NCBI GenBank assembly: GCA_965112735.1
Contig: OZ218956.1
Coordinates: 3,038,001-3,102,000 of the forward strand
Length of the DNA: 64,000 nt
Direction: 5' to 3'
Origin: Phaeosaccion multiseriatum
Taxonomy: Eukaryota; Protista; Ochrophyta, other classes
Shown: one piece after another, positions 1 to 12,218 of the stretch
How the letters are laid out: each line of letters opens with the position of its first letter
Numbering within the stretch: position 1 is the first letter of the stretch
Translations under genes and position numbers: made by a program
The notes under the pieces: model-generated
The model's input: only the letters and a program-made list of their open reading frames with translations
Told to the model about the DNA's origin: nothing
Databases searched by the model: none

Positions 1-1
1 A

Positions 2-1396
2 GATGGTGGACGACGTGAACGAGAGAAGCAAAAAGAGCTGAACAAAGAGATCCAGAGACTCGGAAACAAGCGCGACTGGAGGGGGGTCGCGAGAGCGATT
101 GAGGAGGCGAAAGCAGCGGGGCTTCGAATGAACGTCATTGTGTATACCACTTCCATTACTGCGGTTGGGAAAGCCGGGCGATGGAAGGGTGCGCTTGCTC
201 TACTCGATAGGATGCGAGAGGACGGGATTCAGCCGAATGAATACACGTACAGCTCTGTGATGAGTGCTTGTGGGAAGGCAGGGCAGTACGAGAAGGCGCT
301 TAACCTGCTGGAGGAGATGCGGTGGGAAGGGGTTCAACCCCAAGAATTCTCGTACAACTCTGCGATTTCTGCTTGTGCCAAGGCACGGCAGCACGAGAAG
401 GCGCTTGACTTGCTGAAGGAGATGCGCAGGGAAGGGCTTCAACCCACTGAAATCTCGTACAACTCTGCGATTGCTGCTTGTGGCAAGGCAGGGCAGTACG
501 AGAAGGCGCTTGGCTTGCTGCAGGAAATGAGGAGGGAAGGGCTTGAGCCCGATGTCATCTCCTACAGCTCTGCGATTTCTGCCTGTGGCAAGGCAAGGCA
601 GCACGAGAAGGCGCTTGACTTGCTGAAGGAGATGCGGGGGGAAGGTCTTCAACCCAATGTATTCACGTACAGCTCTGCGATTGATGCTTGTGGCAATGCA
701 GGAGAGCACGAGAAGGCGCTTGACTTGCTGAAGGAGATGCGGAGGGAAGGTCTTCAACCCAATGTCATCACGTACAGCTCTGCGATTACTGCTTGTGGCA
801 ATGCAGGAGAGCACGAGAAGGCGCTTGACCTGCTGGGGGAGATGCGGAGGGAAGGGCTTCGACCTAATGTATTTTCGTACTCCTGTGCGATGAGTGCTTG
901 TGGCAGCGCAGGAGAGTACGAGAAGGCGCTTGACTTGCTGGAGGAGATGCGAAAGGAAGGGTTGCAACCCGATGTCATCTCGTACAACTCTGCGATTAGT
1001 GCGTGTGGCAAGGCAGGGCAGTATGAGAAGGCGCTTGACGTGCTGGAGGAGATGCAGAGGGAAGGGCTTGAGCCCGATATATTCTCGTTCAAATCTGCGA
1101 TTTCTACTTGTGGCAAGGCAGGGCAGTACGAAAAGGCGCTGGACTTGCTGGAGGAGATGCGAAAGGAAGGGTTGCAACCCGATGTCATCTCGTACAACTC
1201 TGCGATTAGTGCTTGTGGCAAGGCAGGGCAGTACGAGAAGGCGCTTGACTTACTGGAAGAGATGCAGAGGGAAGGGCTTGAGCCCGATGACTTCTCGTAC
1301 AAGTCTGCGATTTCTGCTTGTAGAAATGCGGGAGAGCACGAGAAGGAGCTGAACTTGCTGGAGGAGATGCAGAGGAGGGGGTTGAGCGCGATGTAA
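2..1396 (+). CDS. P-class pentatricopeptide repeat (PPR) protein, 5'-truncated by window edge
   Basis: 12 tandem 35-aa repeats (PDVISYNSAISACGKAGQYEKALDLLEEMRxEGLx). The frame is open from base 2 upstream of the listed Met at 128. No introns in the visible part. Confidence 0.95.
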   Translation, partial: DGGRREREKQKELNKEIQRLGNKRDWRGVARAIEEAKAAGLRMNVIVYTTSITAVGKAGRWKGALALLDRMREDGIQPNEYTYSSVMSACGKAGQYEKALNLLEEMRWEGVQPQEFSYNSAISACAKARQHEKALDLLKEMRREGLQPTEISYNSAIAACGKAGQYEKALGLLQEMRREGLEPDVISYSSAISACGKARQHEKALDLLKEMRGEGLQPNVFTYSSAIDACGNAGEHEKALDLLKEMRREGLQPNVITYSSAITACGNAGEHEKALDLLGEMRREGLRPNVFSYSCAMSACGSAGEYEKALDLLEEMRKEGLQPDVISYNSAISACGKAGQYEKALDVLEEMQREGLEPDIFSFKSAISTCGKAGQYEKALDLLEEMRKEGLQPDVISYNSAISACGKAGQYEKALDLLEEMQREGLEPDDFSYKSAISACRNAGEHEKELNLLEEMQRRGLSAM

Positions 1397-1590
1397 TTTC
1401 GTACCACTCTGTGATTAGTGCTTGTGGCACCCCCCCTCTTGCCTCCTTGCAGCGATGGGGTGGGGGTGGAGGCAGCAAGTCTCCTCCTCCTCTATTGATG
1501 TGTTGCTTGTTTGTTTCAGAAAAGAATATTGGGTTGTTTTTGTTGTTCAGAAAGTACAAAGTTAAGTTAATTCATGAAGAGATGAAGAGG

Positions 1591-2559
1591 TTATCGAGTG
1601 AAGATCCAAATGAAGAAGAACAACAGCAGGAAGATTTTGATGATCATGCCGCGATTCCCCTGAACAATGTGGTAATATCGATGTAGATGCGCCTGCCCTT
1701 CCTGTGCGTAGCCGTGAGCTGAGAGAAAGAGAGCAATGTGCCACAGACAGTTACATTGCAAAGCAGGGCACAGGGTAGGGGGGAGGGATGCCAGTTCAGT
1801 CCACGCGCGGGGAAGGGATGGATGGAAGGAAGGAAGGAAGGAAGGAAGGAAGGAAGGAAGGTTCAGGAAGGGAAAAAGGAATGTAAGCATGGAAGGAAGG
1901 ACTCAAAGCCCGGAAGCCGGTATATCTGAGTTTTGTCTCCGGAAATTACTCGTATCCTTAACCCTGAATGGCCTTCAGATACATGGAGACGCGAACACAT
2001 CGCACAACGGCGGGGCAAGGATAACAACAATACAATCCCTCAAGTGCAAACAGCAACAAACAGGTCCTTCCCTCCCCCCTCCTCCTTCTCTTTGCCCCTC
2101 TCTCTCTCCCCCTCCCTCCGTGCCTCTCTACCCTCTCTCCCCTCCGTCCCTCCTCCCGCCGTGTCGAATCAAACCCCCTTCACACTACACTCACTCATAC
2201 ACATCACATACTTACATATACATATATACACTTACACATACTTACACATACTCACTCACGCCCTCCCTCCATCCCTCTCTCCTCACTCACTCCCCACTCA
2301 CTCCCTCACTCAGTCACTCCCTCCCTCCCTCACTCAGTCACTCACTCCCTCACTCAGTCACTCACTCACTCACTCCCACCCTCACCTGCAAGCACATCCT
2401 CCTCAATATGCATCACAGTCTCTTCCTGCTGCGCCACAAGAGTGCTGAATTTGCTAAACATCTGCCCAAGCTCGCCAATCATCTTCTCCACCTTGTGCGC
2501 CTCTTGCATGCGGGTCTTGCTGTTGTTCCCTTCCATCATCATCTGCTGCTGATACGACC

Positions 2560-2591
<32 letters not shown>

Positions 2592-4946
2592 ATCATCATG
2601 CCATTGCTATCCCCTCCCGTGGGTCTCCGTCGAAGCCCCATCCCCATCCCTCTTCCCCCTCCCCCGCTACCAGGCCGGGGCGGTCCTGCTTCTGCTGTAC
2701 CACCAACTGCTGCTGCTGCTGCTTCAGCTGCCGTCGGTGGCGGTGCTATTGGCGTTTGGTGTCCAGCGTAAGATCCGTACCTCCCTCCCCCTCCCACCCC
2801 TGAAAAAAGAGGCGGGGCGATGGGGGCGACCACCTTGCCCACCCCCCCCCCACCCCCACCGCCTTCCCTTAAGCCAATCCCAGGCGGTGGCGGCGGCGGC
2901 GGCGGAGGTGGTGGTCTCGCTTGATGGTCGTACGAGGTGTAAGGAGATGATGATGACGACGATACTGCTGCTGACAACGACGATGAAGGCATAGGAGGTG
3001 GGGGATATGATCCACCCCCACTCGCCCCCCCTCCTCTCTTGCCGCCTCTGCTGGTGGATGATCCGGGCGGCGTGGAGAAAGTGGGCGGCGGAGGTTCACT
3101 GACTCCTCCTCCTCCTCCTCCTCCTCCTCCATCACCACCCCCACCGGCTCTACTTTGGCCAAAGATAGGGGGGGAGGCACTCCGCGGTGACGTCCCTGTT
3201 GACCCCTCCACCCTTGCTCCGAAGCTCGACCCGCCCCCGCCCCCGGCACTGCGCACTGTATGGGAGCTCGGAGGAGTAGAGACCGAACCCACCCCTCCTC
3301 CGCCTCCACCACCACCACCACTACGAGCAGCCCCATTGGCCATCGACTCTCCTGTCGAGGACGGAGGAGTGGGTGTGGGAGTGGACGTGGGCAGCAGCTT
3401 GACTGGAGGAGACGGACAGGAGCCAAAGAGGGGGTTGTCGAACTGAACGAGGGGAGCCATGACTCCTCCCCGCGTGTGGGAGAACTTTTGTTGCCTCTGA
3501 TTCTGCTCCTTCATCACCTCGCTCCTTCGTTGGAGGAGGTGTTGGAACTCCTTTGTGTGGTCCTTTGCTGCTCGCTCGAGAGCCGTGGCGATGCATTGGT
3601 AGTGGATTTGCTTTTGGCTGCCCCGAGTGGGGGCCCCCTTGGCGTTTCCATTTGCGTAACTGTAGGTTTTTCGTTTGATGGATTGGTATCAAATGCATTA
3701 GGAAACACGAGAGAGACAACACAATGAAACGGAATTGGAATCAGAGAAGGAACGGAGCCATGAAAAATGCTCCTCTTGTTATCCTCCCTCCCGTCCCCCC
3801 TCCCTCTCTCTCTTCCCCTCTCCCTCCCTCCCCCCCTCCCTCCTTCTGTACCACCAACTCCCTCACCTCTGCAGTAGAGCGAGCTCCTTATGCAGCACCG
3901 CCACATCCGCCTTAAAGAAGCCCGCCACTTCGTTAATCTCCATAGTGGGATCATTGCTGTAGCCCTTGCGCCCCACCAGCTGAGACAGTCGCTCGATCTG
4001 GCGGTGAGTGAGTGAGTGAGTGAGAGAATGGGTTGAGGGAGGGAGGGATTTGAGTGAGTGAGTGAGTGAGAAAGATCACTTTAAATAAAAAACACTACAA
4101 TGTTTGCTTGCTCTCCTCTGCAGCAGCCGCCAGGCTCAGAGAGGAAAAAGAGAAAAGGAGAAAGAGTAAATGAATGACTGCCCATCGGAATTTGAAAAGA
4201 TAGATTTGCTTAAGATGTCCAGTGGCGAGCGGTAAAGCTCAGCCGTCACTGAATTGCGCAAGTTTTTCGTCATTGGCAGCATTCCTTTCCGACCCTTTCT
4301 CGTTTCGTCTCCCCTATCCACAGGCACACACTCCCCCCTCCAACTCCCCTCTCTTTGGATTAAAGGACTGCCCATCGGAATTTGAAAAGATAAGATTTGC
4401 TTAAGGTGTCCAGCGGTGAGCCGAAGCTCAGCCGTCACGGATATGTGCAAGTTTTTCGTCATTGGCAGTGCTCCTTTGCTTCCCTCTCTCTCTGTGGCAT
4501 AGCACCCGAAACACCAGCTCGACGAGCAGGAAAAAACGAGGACACCAACACTCAGCGATCGACTCGCACGGTAGGGAACTGTTAACTCGATCGATTCACA
4601 CGGTAGGGAGTTGTTTCCCATGCTGCTGGTGCTTCTGCTGCTGCCGTCGCTTCGTACTTCGTAAGGCCTCATTCCTAATGCTCAACAAAAAGGCCTCATG
4701 CACGCCGCACTTGCATATTCCCATCCACACCCATACATGCTACACAATACAATCACTTACATCCGAACGACTCCAGTAAGCACTTACCAGCTTCGCAGTG
4801 CCTTGGAAGCCAACAGCCACGCCCTCTGCCGCCTTCAGGAAGTCCCCTTGCTGCCTCAGCCGCGGCGTCGAGTTCGCAATCACCGTGCTCGGACACCCGC
4901 GCTGGAAAACCTTCACGGCCCCGCGAAACTCCGCTGTTCGATCCAT
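1591..4946 (-). CDS. STX5: Syntaxin-5/Sed5 (Qa-SNARE), 4 exons (~4946-4788, 3998-3868, 3659-2386, 1718-1591)
   Basis: N-terminal MDRTAEF peptide; Habc segments (IERLSQLVGRKGYSNDPTMEINEV; KEFQHLLQRRSEVMKEQ); SNARE motif VEKMIGELGQMFSKFSTLVAQQEETVMHIEEDV; C-terminal TM NRGMIIKIFLLLFFFIWIFTR*; GT-AG junctions keep frame. Confidence 0.9.
4178..4279 (-). ncRNA. Candidate intronic box C/D snoRNA, copy 1
   Basis: On the host-gene sense strand: CTGCC terminal stem, box C-like ATGACGA, internal CTGA (D'), box D-like CCGA, closing GGCAG. Duplicated at 4368-4468. Confidence 0.55.
4368..4468 (-). ncRNA. Candidate intronic box C/D snoRNA, copy 2
   Basis: Diverged duplicate of 4178-4279. The stem, boxes and ATCTTTTCAAATT next to box D are conserved while spacers differ. 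Confidence 0.55.
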
Positions 4947-5437
4947 AGCCTGCCCCTCTCTCTTACTATGGTTTCCCTCCTTCGTTCCTTCCCCACTCTC
5001 GAACGCTCCCTCTCCTCTTCCGCCTCCCTTTTATCTCTTCTTCTCTCTCTCCCTTCCTCAGCCTTTTCTTCTTGGACCTCCGCGATGCCGGGAGAGAAGC
5101 TCTGCCATCCTACCCGCTCTACTCTCCTCCCCTCGAGAGTCAAGACAATCTGGAGACAGATAGGAAGAGGCTATCGACCTGAAACTAAAACTGCCAGGGT
5201 GTGAACCCGCCCCCCCCAGCAAGGAGTCACTACCCACAAGAGAGAGGGGAGGGAGAGGCGTGTGTGGAAAGTGAAGGGCGTCATTATAGCTCTGTTTACT
5301 AATAGTCTGGATTTTCTTTCACCCCCCCCTTCCTTCTTTTTTCAGGAGGTTCCGCAGTAGGGTGGGAGGGAACGCCTGGCGCACCAGCAGCACCAGCAGC
5401 CCATGCAGTAATAGTAGACCGTGCAGAAGCAGTTGAA

Positions 5438-8400
5438 ATGAGCGCTCGAAGGATGTCGACGTCTCCGATGCAGCGGCTGCTTCTGCTGCTCGTGCTCTGT
5501 GCAGCGTCCGCAGCAGCAACATGGGTTCGAGGGGGAGCGCCAATAGCTGCAGCAGCAATAGCAGCGGGCGCAGTAGTAGCAGCGGGAGTAGTTGAAGCAG
5601 GAGGAGGCCGCGAAAAGCGTGGCTCAGTAGCCATGTTGGGGGAGGAGGAGCTGCAGACAGATGCCGTCGCTCTGTCGGAGGCGGGCGACATCGAGCGGGA
5701 ACACTGGCCTCGGCGCAGCCTCAGCACGGAGGGAAACCGCCTCTTGCATTTTAGTCTGGGCAGAATCAGTACTGGGGATGATGGGAATGGGCGCTGTGCT
5801 ACACGCGAAGAGCGGGAGCGTCGCCGACTAGCCCATCACGATATGCGGCACGGGAGAGGGGCGGAGGGAGCAGGCGACAGAGAGACACAGCAGGCGCAAG
5901 AGGAGCAGCAGATAGAGAAGAGAGACAGCCTGGGGTACGAACACGTCCCCGTCTTTCCTGGCTACGGAACGCACTTTGCCTACATCTATGTAGGAACCCC
6001 GCCGCAGCGAGTGAGCGTCATTCTGGACACGGGGAGTCACTTCACGGCCTTTCCATGTGTGGGGTGCAAGTGTGGTGAACACACGGATGCGTATTTCAAC
6101 CCCGACGCGTCTTCGACCATTGACCGCTTCGGCTGTGACCGCTGCCAGACCAGTTTCAAGTGCAACATCGGGTCCAAAAAGTGCTCGTACAAGCAAGGTG
6201 AGCTGTGCGTGGCACTTCGTCTGTCTGTCATTGTTGAGTCATGCGCTGTGGGTGAATGGATGGGATGTGCCGCTGGTGGTAGAAAGGGGGGGTTGGGTCC
6301 CTCCCAACAAGCTCTACATGACGCACCGCTCACCACGCCCGTCTGGGTTAGATTTCTCCATCACCAAGCCAACGAAATCCGCAACCAGCCAACCGGCCAA
6401 CACCGGCCAACCGGCCAAGTGGCTAACTCGAACTGACTTCATTTCTACTTTCCACTCTGGTGTCGCTCAGGCTACAGCGAGGGCAGCAGCTGGAATGCCT
6501 ATCAAATGAGCGACGAGCTTTGGGTCGGTCAGATTGAGCTGGATGCAGACAAGCAGCCCCCCCCGGAGCAGCGGTGGTCCGTGCCCTTCATGTTTGGCTG
6601 CATCAGCTCTCAGACGGGGCTGTTCAAGACGCAGTTAGCGGACGGCATCATGGGACTCTCGGCCAATGAGGTAGGTAGGGGCAGGCATGCTCTCGTACAC
6701 GTGGTGGTGTTGCTGTTACTGTTGCTGTTGTGTTTGTGTGGTTCGACCCCGCCCCTTTATGCGTTCCTCTCGCACGGGCTCCTCCATCCATCTATCGTAC
6801 CCTGTGGCCATGTATACTTTCCTTCCCCCCCCCCCCCTCTTCCCCCTCCCCCTCTCTTGCCCGATGCCACGTCTTTGGCTCGCAAGTGCCCTGTGTCCTC
6901 CTCTGCTGCTGCCCCCTTCTGCGTTCAAACGAACTGAAATCGTATGGTCTGCCTGCCTGCCTGCCCCTCTTCCCCCTTCCTCCCTCCCTCCCTCCGTCCC
7001 ACACTCTCTGCCTCCCTCCCTCCCTACCTACCTACCTGCCTCCGTCCCTCTCTTCCTCCCTCCTTCCCCACACCACATCAACACCACAGTACACCCTTCC
7101 ATTTCAGCTCCAAAAGTACGGCCTTTTGGACGACGTGAACTTCAGTTTGTGCTTCCACTTGGAGGGGGGAACTTTCACTGTAGGGGGGCACGAACAAACC
7201 ATTCTGCATAAAGGTAGGCAGTGAAGGTATCGTATGCTCATTCCTGTGTGTGGGGGAAGGTGTGAGCCTTTCTGTGCTTCTGCTGCTGTATCACCAACTG
7301 CTGCTGCTCCTCCCTCCCTGACGCCTGTCCTCTCTCTCTCTGTCTCTCTCTTCTCTTTTTCATTCGCTCCCGGCTGTCACCCTAACACACAACACCACTC
7401 AGCGCCGGTACAATATGTGCCTCTCGTCAAGAGTACGGGATGGTTCACCGTAGAGATGCGTGACATTCAGGTTAGTGAGGTGCAAGGGAGGGAGGGAGGG
7501 AGGCGAGGAGAGGAGGGGAGGAGGGAGGGAGGGAGGACGGGAGGGAAGGGAGGAGCTCACTAACGCACGCACTCTCGCACCGCCGCTCTAAAACAACGAG
7601 CAGATTGGAGGCGTGAGCTTGGGTGCGGATCCAAGTGTGTACAATCGCGGCAAGGGCTACATTGTGGACAGTGGGACGACGGACATGTATCTGTCGTCGG
7701 CCATCGCCACACCCTTCAAGCGCATCTTCAAGGAACAGACAAAGAGGGTGAGAGAAGGGAAGGCGAAGGGAGAGGAGGAAGAGGACAAAACGAATAGACT
7801 ATTCGCTTACCACAAGGCGTTGCTGCTTTCTGTGTTGTCTTTTGCCGCACCCCGCCGCTACTCCACTCTATCCCACTCACACTCACACAGGCGTACGCCA
7901 ACACCGTCTATAAGCTGACCAAAGAGGAGCTGGAAAAGATGCCCATCATCAGCTTTCACTTAGTCAACGACGTTGTTGTGTATGTGAAGCCAGATGCCTA
8001 CTTTGAAGCGGTGAGTGAGAGATCTCTCATGTCTATCGTCGGATGGCAGGGGTGAATACACGGGGAGGAGGAGGAGGGGCCGAGGGATGGCGGGGTGGCC
8101 AGGTGGGGGGGGGTAGGAGAGAGGGGGAGGGAGCGGTTGAAGAGGAAGTTCATCCGACCAAAGGGGTCTGACTGACTGTCTGCCTGACGGATTTCACGGG
8201 CTGGACTGACTGAACTGACTGAGTAATTGACTGGCTCGAATGACTGACTGGCTGACTGACTGACTGACTGACTAAGTGATTGACTGGCTGGAATGACCGA
8301 CTGACTGACTGACTGGCTGGACTGACTGGCTGGACTGACTTACTGACTGACTGACTTGTCCTCTTGCCCTCTCTACGCACAGGAAGAATCGGGCACTTCT

Positions 8401-8546
8401 TCTTACACGCCGCGTGTGTACGTGGACGAGAGTTCTGGGGGCGTGTTAGGCGCAAACTTTATGATGAACCACAATGTAAGAACCAAAGGTGCAACGGATA
8501 GGGCATGATAAGACGGGGGTTGCTTGTCGAGGGTCTTTGTTGTTGG

Positions 8547-8580
<34 letters not shown>

Positions 8581-10741
8581 GGAGGAGGAGGAGGAGGAGT
8601 GTTGGAGGAGGAGGAGGAGGAGGAGGAGGAGGAGGAGGAGGAGTTTGATGAAGTTGCGTTGCCAGCAAACCTGCCTGACCTGAGATATCTAATTCTCTTT
8701 TTCACAACTTGCACCACCCCCTCCCCCCATCCCTTTGGCGTGAAAAGGTTATTTTTGATCACGCCAATGGTCGCATTGGCTTCGCGGAAGCTGACTGCGC
8801 ATTCTCCACTCTGGGAAAGGGAACAGAGGATAAGCCCTCTTCAGCGACACCCTGCCAACTCTCCGAGTCCAAGATTGTAGTCGAAGAGTGTAACGCAGAT
8901 TGTTCGTCCGGCAATGGGTGAGTGAGTGAGTGAGTGAGTGAGAGAGTGAGTGAGTGAGTGAGTGAGTGAGTGAGTGAGTGAGTGTTCAGGGGGCGCTACT
9001 GAGGCTCCGTCCAACCACCCACCAACCCACGCACCCACCCGCCCATGCTGGCATCAATCTGCTGCCATCCCCGCCCACCCCACAGGAGCTCTGCGGAGGG
9101 CGTTGAAGTGTGGGCCTATACTGTCGTTAAGGAGGGCAGCACGGGAGCCCCTCAGTGCGATGTAGAGGCCGAGGAGCGGTCTTGCAGCAAGACATGCGGC
9201 AAAGGGGGAGGGTCAGGAGGATCAGGTGGAGGGAAGGGAGGAAACGAAGGGGAGGGGTCGATCGAGTGCGTGACCGGCCCGCGATCCATCTGCTCCGTGA
9301 GCTGTGAACAGTCGCGCGTAGAGGTGGTGTGGGCCGGAGGGGGCGTTGATAGAACAAAGTCGTGCAGCACGAGATTGGCCAAGAGGACGTGCCATACGGC
9401 GCTGTGCGGGGCGTCGAAGATTGGGCTTGTTTTGGAGGTGGACCTCCGATTGGCGATGAAGAAGATGGACCGGAGGCTCGAGGAGGAGGAGAAGGAGGAG
9501 GGAATGGAAGCAGAGGATCAACACGTGAAGGAGGATGAGGCAAAGGAGAAGGAGGTGGAGACTGGAGAGGAGGTTGAACAGCCGGCCGAGGAAAAAGAGG
9601 AGGAGGAGGAGGAGGAGGAGGAGGAGGAGGAGGATGTTGGGAGTGAGATGCAGGTCCAGGCCACACCGGCGAAGCATCAGCTCATGGGCTCCGGGGACGG
9701 GAACCTCGCCGCGAGTGAGTGAAACCCGTTTTTGTTGTTGCTTGGTCAGAGCTGCGAAAGGGGTTGAGTGAGGGCCGAAAAACACACTTGGGGATCGATC
9801 ACACTCGTTGGAATGGCTTCCCTCCCAGGCCCGCTCATTGCTATGATCACCTCCGCACCATTTAAGGGGTTGAAACCACGCCACCGACCCTGACCCTCCT
9901 GCCCCCTCCCCCCTCCCCCCCCACAAACACACACACACTCTCTCTCTCAGGCTTGCCGTGGACGCAGGTGATGAGCGACTCCCTCGGGGACGCCATTGCC
10001 CGCTACACCAACGTGTTTCCTGGCGACGTGCTAGTCACACTTGACGAGTCCGCGGAGCACCAGGGCAGCGTCGTGACTCACGCCCTTGCTGTCAAAGTAC
10101 ACCTCACTCCCAAGGTAAGGCTCTGTGTGGTGCTGTGCGGTGTGGTGTGGGCACTGCATTGTTAAGCGTTATCAACGGTGCGGTATCATGCGTTGTCAAT
10201 CGTTGGCAATGTCACTACGTGTGTGGCTCCCTTCGCCCCCGTCTGTCCTCGGCTCCCAAAAGCAGCAGTTGGTGATACAGCAGCGAGCGCCGGAAGTTGT
10301 TGGCGGTGTATTTGTTCCTGCTTTGTTTTGATTGGGGAAAGGAGGGGTATGGCTTCGAGGCTCGCACCTACGCTCAAATCGCATCTCAAAGGAAAAGAAG
10401 ATGGTGAAATATTGTCAAGGACATAAGGTTGTACTCACTGCCCCCCCTTCCCTTAACTCTGCCTACCCCCCCTCCCTCTCTTGCAGATTGACAGCGCTGA
10501 GGCAGCCCGAGTGTCTGGTCTTCTGATGGCCCCGCTGACCACCCCTCTGCTGGCAGAGCTCGGGAAGGAGCAGTCAGGAGCTTTCGATTTGCCGGGTATC
10601 AAGGTGAGAGAGAGAGAGCCCCCTGGGTCGGAGAGTCCCCCTGGGCTTCGGTCCACCCCGTACGCTCTTTTGGTCAGTCACTTCGCAGGAGGACATCTGC
10701 TGACTCCCTCTTTCCCTCCCCCTCCCCCCTCCCTCCCTCCC

Positions 10742-10789
<48 letters not shown>

Positions 10790-11729
10790 CTCTTCCTCTC
10801 TCCTTCCCTCCCTCCCTCCCTCCCTCCCTCCTTCCCTCCCTCCCTCTTTCCCTCTTTCCCTCTCTCTCTCTGTGTGTATTGCCCTCCCTCAGATTGTTGG
10901 CATCGAGACCGATGGGGATGTGAAGATCCTCACCGCCTTTGACCGCCAGGAGTACATGCATGCCCATTCTGGCGAAAACAGCGTCACTCCCGTCACTCCC
11001 ATTTTATCCTATCCCGCCGACAGCAGCGGCGCCACGTTCGGAAAGCTCTTCGGACGTGCGGTTCTCATCTTTACGTGCGTTGTTACGGTGGTGTGGGTCA
11101 TACTTTTGGGGCGAAAGCGACTTCGGAGGGGGAGAGGGGGCGACACTTTCGATGGCAGCCTAACGAGGAGCATGGGAGTGGGTGGGCTGGAGAACGGTCT
11201 TGGGTCATCGTCGGCTAGGGCTCGAGCAAAGGCAGGAGGAGGAGGAGGAGGCGGAGACAAGGGAGACTATCAAATGGTGAACGTCGCGTCAGACGATCAG
11301 GGAGAGGGGGGCACGCTGCTCAGTGGGCGGGTAATGGACAAGTCCAAGAAATCGAACCCTCATCTGCAGCAGACGGGTGAACAGGACACAAGGAGCTTGA
11401 GGGAGGGGAGCGGGGGTGGCGGCTCGGGAGAGCACATGGGGGAAGGTAGCGGGGACGGCCAGGTGAGAGAGAGGGGGCCTGATTGCTTCTTTTCACACCT
11501 TCCTGAATTATTCTTCTCCACTCTCGTTGCTGCTGTATTACCAACTGCTGTGCTGCTGGTGATGGTGGTCCTCTGGTCCTCCCTCTTTCGCCTTCCTCGC
11601 GTTGTCTCTCTCTCTCTCTCTCACTTCGCCACCTTTCTTCTTATCACATGTTTCTTCCCCTCCTTTCCCTGTTGGCAACAGGGCAACTCGTCAAGGAGAA
11701 GCAAAGTACGCCGCTTCATCAACCTCTAG
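5438..11729 (+). CDS. Membrane-anchored A1 aspartic protease, plasmepsin V/ASP5-like; multi-exon
   Basis: Signal peptide MQRLLLLLVLCAASAAA; YIYVGTPPQRVSVILDTGSHFTAFPCVGCKCGEH; FGCISSQTGLFKTQLADGIMGLS; second catalytic motif IVDSGTT (~7665); GVLGANFMMNHN/VIFDHANGRIGFAEADC; Cys-rich extension; TM AVLIFTCVVTVVWVILLG followed by RKRLRR. Confidence 0.85.
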
Positions 11730-12218
11730 CCTGACTGAGGCCACGGGTAGCCACACTGTCAGATTGGGTTGTGGCAAGATATCAGACATTGGATTTGAAT
11801 CGTGAAGAAGGGGATTGAGGCAGGGTGGATGCAGCAAGTGTTTATTTTTTTTGTGATACGTGTAATCGTTTCGTGGGGCGGTTTTGTGTACTGTGCGGGG
11901 ACCGGGGGGGCGTAGTATAATTAGATACAAGGCGGGCCTGGTAGGTAGGGGGAAGGAGGAGGAGGGAAGAGGGGTGGGGTTGGCAAGAAGTGGGAGCCGG
12001 ATATTTAAGGGAAGGAGGTCCGGGCAGTGGAGCAAAGCCCGAAACAAAAAATAAAATATTTAGGTCTTTTCGTCGACCCTGGACAAGATGAGAGTAAGGG
12101 AAATAGAGTGCATCGATAATAATATCGATATAGATACTGATGAATCCCCCCCCCCGGGAAAAAATCGATGTGACTGTACCCTCCCTTGCCCATCTCTCTC
12201 TCTCCCTCCAAAAAAATT

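Noticed and set aside
128-1396. Regular repeats resembling a CRISPR array
   Set aside because: Contiguous 105-bp coding repeats with no unique spacers, in a eukaryotic context with no cas genes.
200-1407. Long antisense and alternate-frame ORFs over the PPR gene
   Set aside because: Shadow ORFs caused by the stop-poor 105-bp repeat.
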